From assembly GCA_963799485.1 (NCBI GenBank), contig CAWCXJ010000008.1, positions 96,001 through 160,000 of the forward strand: a stretch of DNA of 64,000 nucleotides. Direction: 5' to 3'. Positions 61,568-64,000 of this stretch are shown here, piece by piece; within the stretch, counting starts at the first letter, position 1; every line of letters begins with the position of its first letter. The DNA comes from an uncultured Trueperaceae bacterium. Its GTDB lineage: Bacteria > Deinococcota > Deinococci > Deinococcales > Trueperaceae. Made by a program: the position numbers and the translations under genes. The notes below the pieces were generated by a model. It worked only from the letters and a program-made list of their open reading frames with translations. It made no database searches and was not told where the DNA came from.

Positions 61568-63365
61568 GCGCGCCAAACGGCAGCGTAAAGAGCATCTCGA
61601 GGCTGTAGTAACTCCGCAACAACCGAAAGAGAACGTAAAACGGCAGATAGGGCAATAGACCGAACTGACGGTACGCGGCAATGACAATCACACTGACCAG
61701 AAACGGCAAACCTACAACAACCGCGACGAGCGCCGCGCCGTGCCGTAAAAAGAGCGCGTCGGGGGTAAAGAAGAGCGTGACGGTGCCGAAGAGCAGAAGC
61801 GGCACCGTAACCGAACGCCGGGCGACCTGAAGCAGGGCCCACGGCAAACTGAAGGTGCCGCGAATCCCTTGCCTTAGCCGCATCGCCGAGCGGTTGCGCG
61901 CCGCCACGTGAAAGGTACTCCGAAACCACCTGAGCCGCTGCTCACGCAGGCCCGCCAGCGTGCGCGGTACCTCCGAATAGACGTGCAGTCCGGGGTCGTT
62001 GATAAGCCGGTAGCCGAGCCGCCCGATCCGCAGCACGATGTCGGTATCTTCGCCGTTGATCTCTTCGGCAAACCCGCCGAGCGTAACCAGGCAGCTGCGG
62101 CGGTAGGCCGAAAAAACCCCGGACAGGCTCAGCACCCCGTCAACAGCGCTCATACCCAGGCGGACAAACCCCTGATTGAGATAAACTTCGGTCGCGCGCA
62201 TTTTGGCGAGCAGCGGGCGCGACTCGAGCGGTAGCGGCAACCCGCTCACCGCGCCCACGCCGTCGTCGGCAAAGTGCGGGATCGTTTTGGCGAGCAGGTT
62301 GGGCGAGACCTGGGTGTCGGCGTCTACCCGGACGACGATATCTTCTTTGATATGACGGAGGCCCATATTCAGCGCTTTCGACTTGCCGGGTTGGGGGCAC
62401 GCCAACACCACCCCGTCGAGCGCCGCGCAGCGCCTGAGCTCAACCTCGGCGAGCGCGCGGGTCAGGTCTTGCGAACCGTTGTCGACTAGATAGAGTTTAC
62501 AGACGCGCCCGTAACGCTGCGCCGCCAGGTCAAGGCTCCGGATACAGTCGACGATATTTTCCGCTTCGTTAAGAGCAGGTACCAAAAACGCGACCGTAAA
62601 ACGAATATCGCCGGTTTTCGCACGCAGTGCCAGCACCTCGACCCCAACCAGAACGGCGGTAAAAATCGGGAAGAAAAGCAGAATTCCGGGGCCGAGCCCG
62701 CCGAGCAGGGCGGCACTCTTGAGAAACGCCAGGGGCACCCCTAGAAGCCCGTTGGCGGCAAACGCAGTGAGTCCGGCAACCACCACAGCAAAGGCGAAGC
62801 GCGCAGGGTAACGCCGCGAACGTCGCCTTTCACGCCCGACCAGCTCGTCAGCCGGAAGTGTCCCCCACCGCAGCAGCAGCCACGAAAACGACCCGAGTAC
62901 GGCAAACCCCAACACGAGGTTGGTCAGAGTGGGCGTAAACGGCGCGCCCAGCAAAGCGTGCAGATTTGCAAAAATGAGGTCGAGCACAAGCGTAAACAGC
63001 GTAAACATCAGGGTCAAACTCGTCAGCAACTTGAGTCGCCACCCCCAGGTTCCGGCCGCAAACAGGCTGAAAGTTAGAAAGAACGCCAGAAAAAAGGGGC
63101 GCAGCCGGAGCGAAAAGGCTGCTTCCGGGATCGTTCCGGTTACGTTCAGGCGGCTCAGCAAGCTCGTGTAGAAGGGTTCGACAACCGGCGACGCCGCGGC
63201 AAAGACAACAAACACCGAGGTCACCACCACGAGAAACGCAGGCAGCAACCAAGGTGAGCGGGATACCGCGAAGTGCGGCGGCGCGCTGTCTATACTATCT
63301 ATAGGTTGCAGCTCAAAATCTTCAAACGCGGTCGGTGCCTGCGTTGGTTTTGGTTCTACGTTCAT
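61533..63365 (-). CDS. Processive GT2 glycosyltransferase with large N-terminal membrane domain
   Basis: VPALNE, VDNGS.D, GKSKALN, DADT, GEDTD, QRLRW (QxxRW), TMs at both ends; RBS AGGAGA. Confidence 0.88.
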   Translation of the reverse strand: MNVEPKPTQAPTAFEDFELQPIDSIDSAPPHFAVSRSPWLLPAFLVVVTSVFVVFAAASPVVEPFYTSLLSRLNVTGTIPEAAFSLRLRPFFLAFFLTFSLFAAGTWGWRLKLLTSLTLMFTLFTLVLDLIFANLHALLGAPFTPTLTNLVLGFAVLGSFSWLLLRWGTLPADELVGRERRRSRRYPARFAFAVVVAGLTAFAANGLLGVPLAFLKSAALLGGLGPGILLFFPIFTAVLVGVEVLALRAKTGDIRFTVAFLVPALNEAENIVDCIRSLDLAAQRYGRVCKLYLVDNGSQDLTRALAEVELRRCAALDGVVLACPQPGKSKALNMGLRHIKEDIVVRVDADTQVSPNLLAKTIPHFADDGVGAVSGLPLPLESRPLLAKMRATEVYLNQGFVRLGMSAVDGVLSLSGVFSAYRRSCLVTLGGFAEEINGEDTDIVLRIGRLGYRLINDPGLHVYSEVPRTLAGLREQRLRWFRSTFHVAARNRSAMRLRQGIRGTFSLPWALLQVARRSVTVPLLLFGTVTLFFTPDALFLRHGAALVAVVVGLPFLVSVIVIAAYRQFGLLPYLPFYVLFRLLRSYYSLEMLFTLPFGAPKARRRRSAPR

Positions 63366-63505
63366 GGTGTCTCCTACTTCGGCCTGTCAACGCTGACCAA
63401 CCCGAGTCTACCGTTGGGTCTCTGATCTGGAATAACCGGCCGAACGCGCGCACAAAACGCTCGAGCCTTGAAGCGTCCGGACAGATTGTATAGACTAAAC
63501 CGTAT

Positions 63506-63582
63506 GCGCCCGTAGCTCAGTAGGATAGAGCAGGGGACTCCTAAGCCCAAGGTCATCCGTTCGATTCGGATCGGGCGCACCA
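63506..63582 (+). tRNA. tRNA-Arg(CCT)
   Basis: GCGCCCG/CGGGCGC-ACCA, D stem GCTC/GAGC, CT-CCT-AA loop, T arm ATCCG-TTCGATT-CGGAT; anticodon stem weak. Confidence 0.88.
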
Positions 63583-63835
63583 TAAGAGCTACGTTATAGA
63601 CGCAAGCTTAAGCCCTGCTGAAGAGCGGGGTGGTTGCCTTGGGCAATTTAAGACTATCTCATAACTACTTGCCGCTTTACGGTTTCTTCTGTCGCTGACG
63701 ATAAAAAGCCCGGCAGCGAGACAGCCCTGTTTGCTCTTGACTCTTCAAAAAGCGAGGGTACACGCCTAGAAGGAAGCTATGGCGTGTACACCTCAAACGT
63801 TCAGCTGATGCTATCTGTGCCAAACACCCTTACTA

Positions 63836-64000
63836 CTACTGAACAACATTTTCGAGAAACGTTTCGATATCGAGCCCACCCTTACCGATACCATCTTTGT
63901 ATGCTTTGTTCCGACCGTTATGGTAAAGATCGTCCGTTTGGTTCATGAGCTCGTCGGCAAGCTTTTTGCGGTCCACTTTGAGCGGCTCTCCCAGCGCGAG
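63836..64000 (-). CDS. C-terminal fragment of a hypothetical protein (runs off window)
   Basis: Open frame LALGEPLKVDRKKLADELMNQTDDLYHNGRNKAYKDGIGKGGLDIETFLENVVQ ending in TAG TAG TAA. Confidence 0.6.
   Translation of the reverse strand, partial: LALGEPLKVDRKKLADELMNQTDDLYHNGRNKAYKDGIGKGGLDIETFLENVVQ

Noticed and set aside
63589..63605. CTACGTTATAGACGCAA resembling the Deinococcus RDRM (DdrO) palindrome
   Set aside because: Imperfect, and it lies just 3' of a tRNA with no evident gene start to regulate

Overview
Chromosomal window of a GC-rich (about 60%) bacterium. Gene content, protein style and pervasive leaderless TANNNT-N6-start promoters suggest Deinococcota, possibly Trueperaceae (inference). 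1-16.8 kb is a polyol catabolic region, probably for tetritols (erythritol/threitol): two carbohydrate ABC importers, SDR and Zn dehydrogenases, a DhaK/DhaL-type kinase, an RpiB-type isomerase and a SorC-type regulator with four visible operator sites. Next comes a 1055-aa P-loop/TPR-like protein coupled to an AcuC-type deacetylase. After that are sbcDC, an ECF sigma/anti-sigma pair beside a secreted Met-repeat CHRD protein, nrdR, accDA, a two-component system, a Crp regulator, an opp/dpp operon, secG, tRNA-Leu(CAA), dus, a dedA pseudogene, recJ, a processive GT2 with a convergent lipoprotein, and tRNA-Arg(CCT). I saw no CRISPR array, rRNA, integrase or transposase. The best leads are: (i) the NTPase-TPR/deacetylase pair, (ii) strong enrichment of the palindrome CTCGAG in several reading frames, (iii) the ECF-linked Met-rich CHRD protein, (iv) a degenerate repeat array upstream of sbcD, and (v) the GT2/lipoprotein pair. 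Three apparent frameshifts near gene ends may be assembly errors. All functional calls come from motif recognition; no database search was run.
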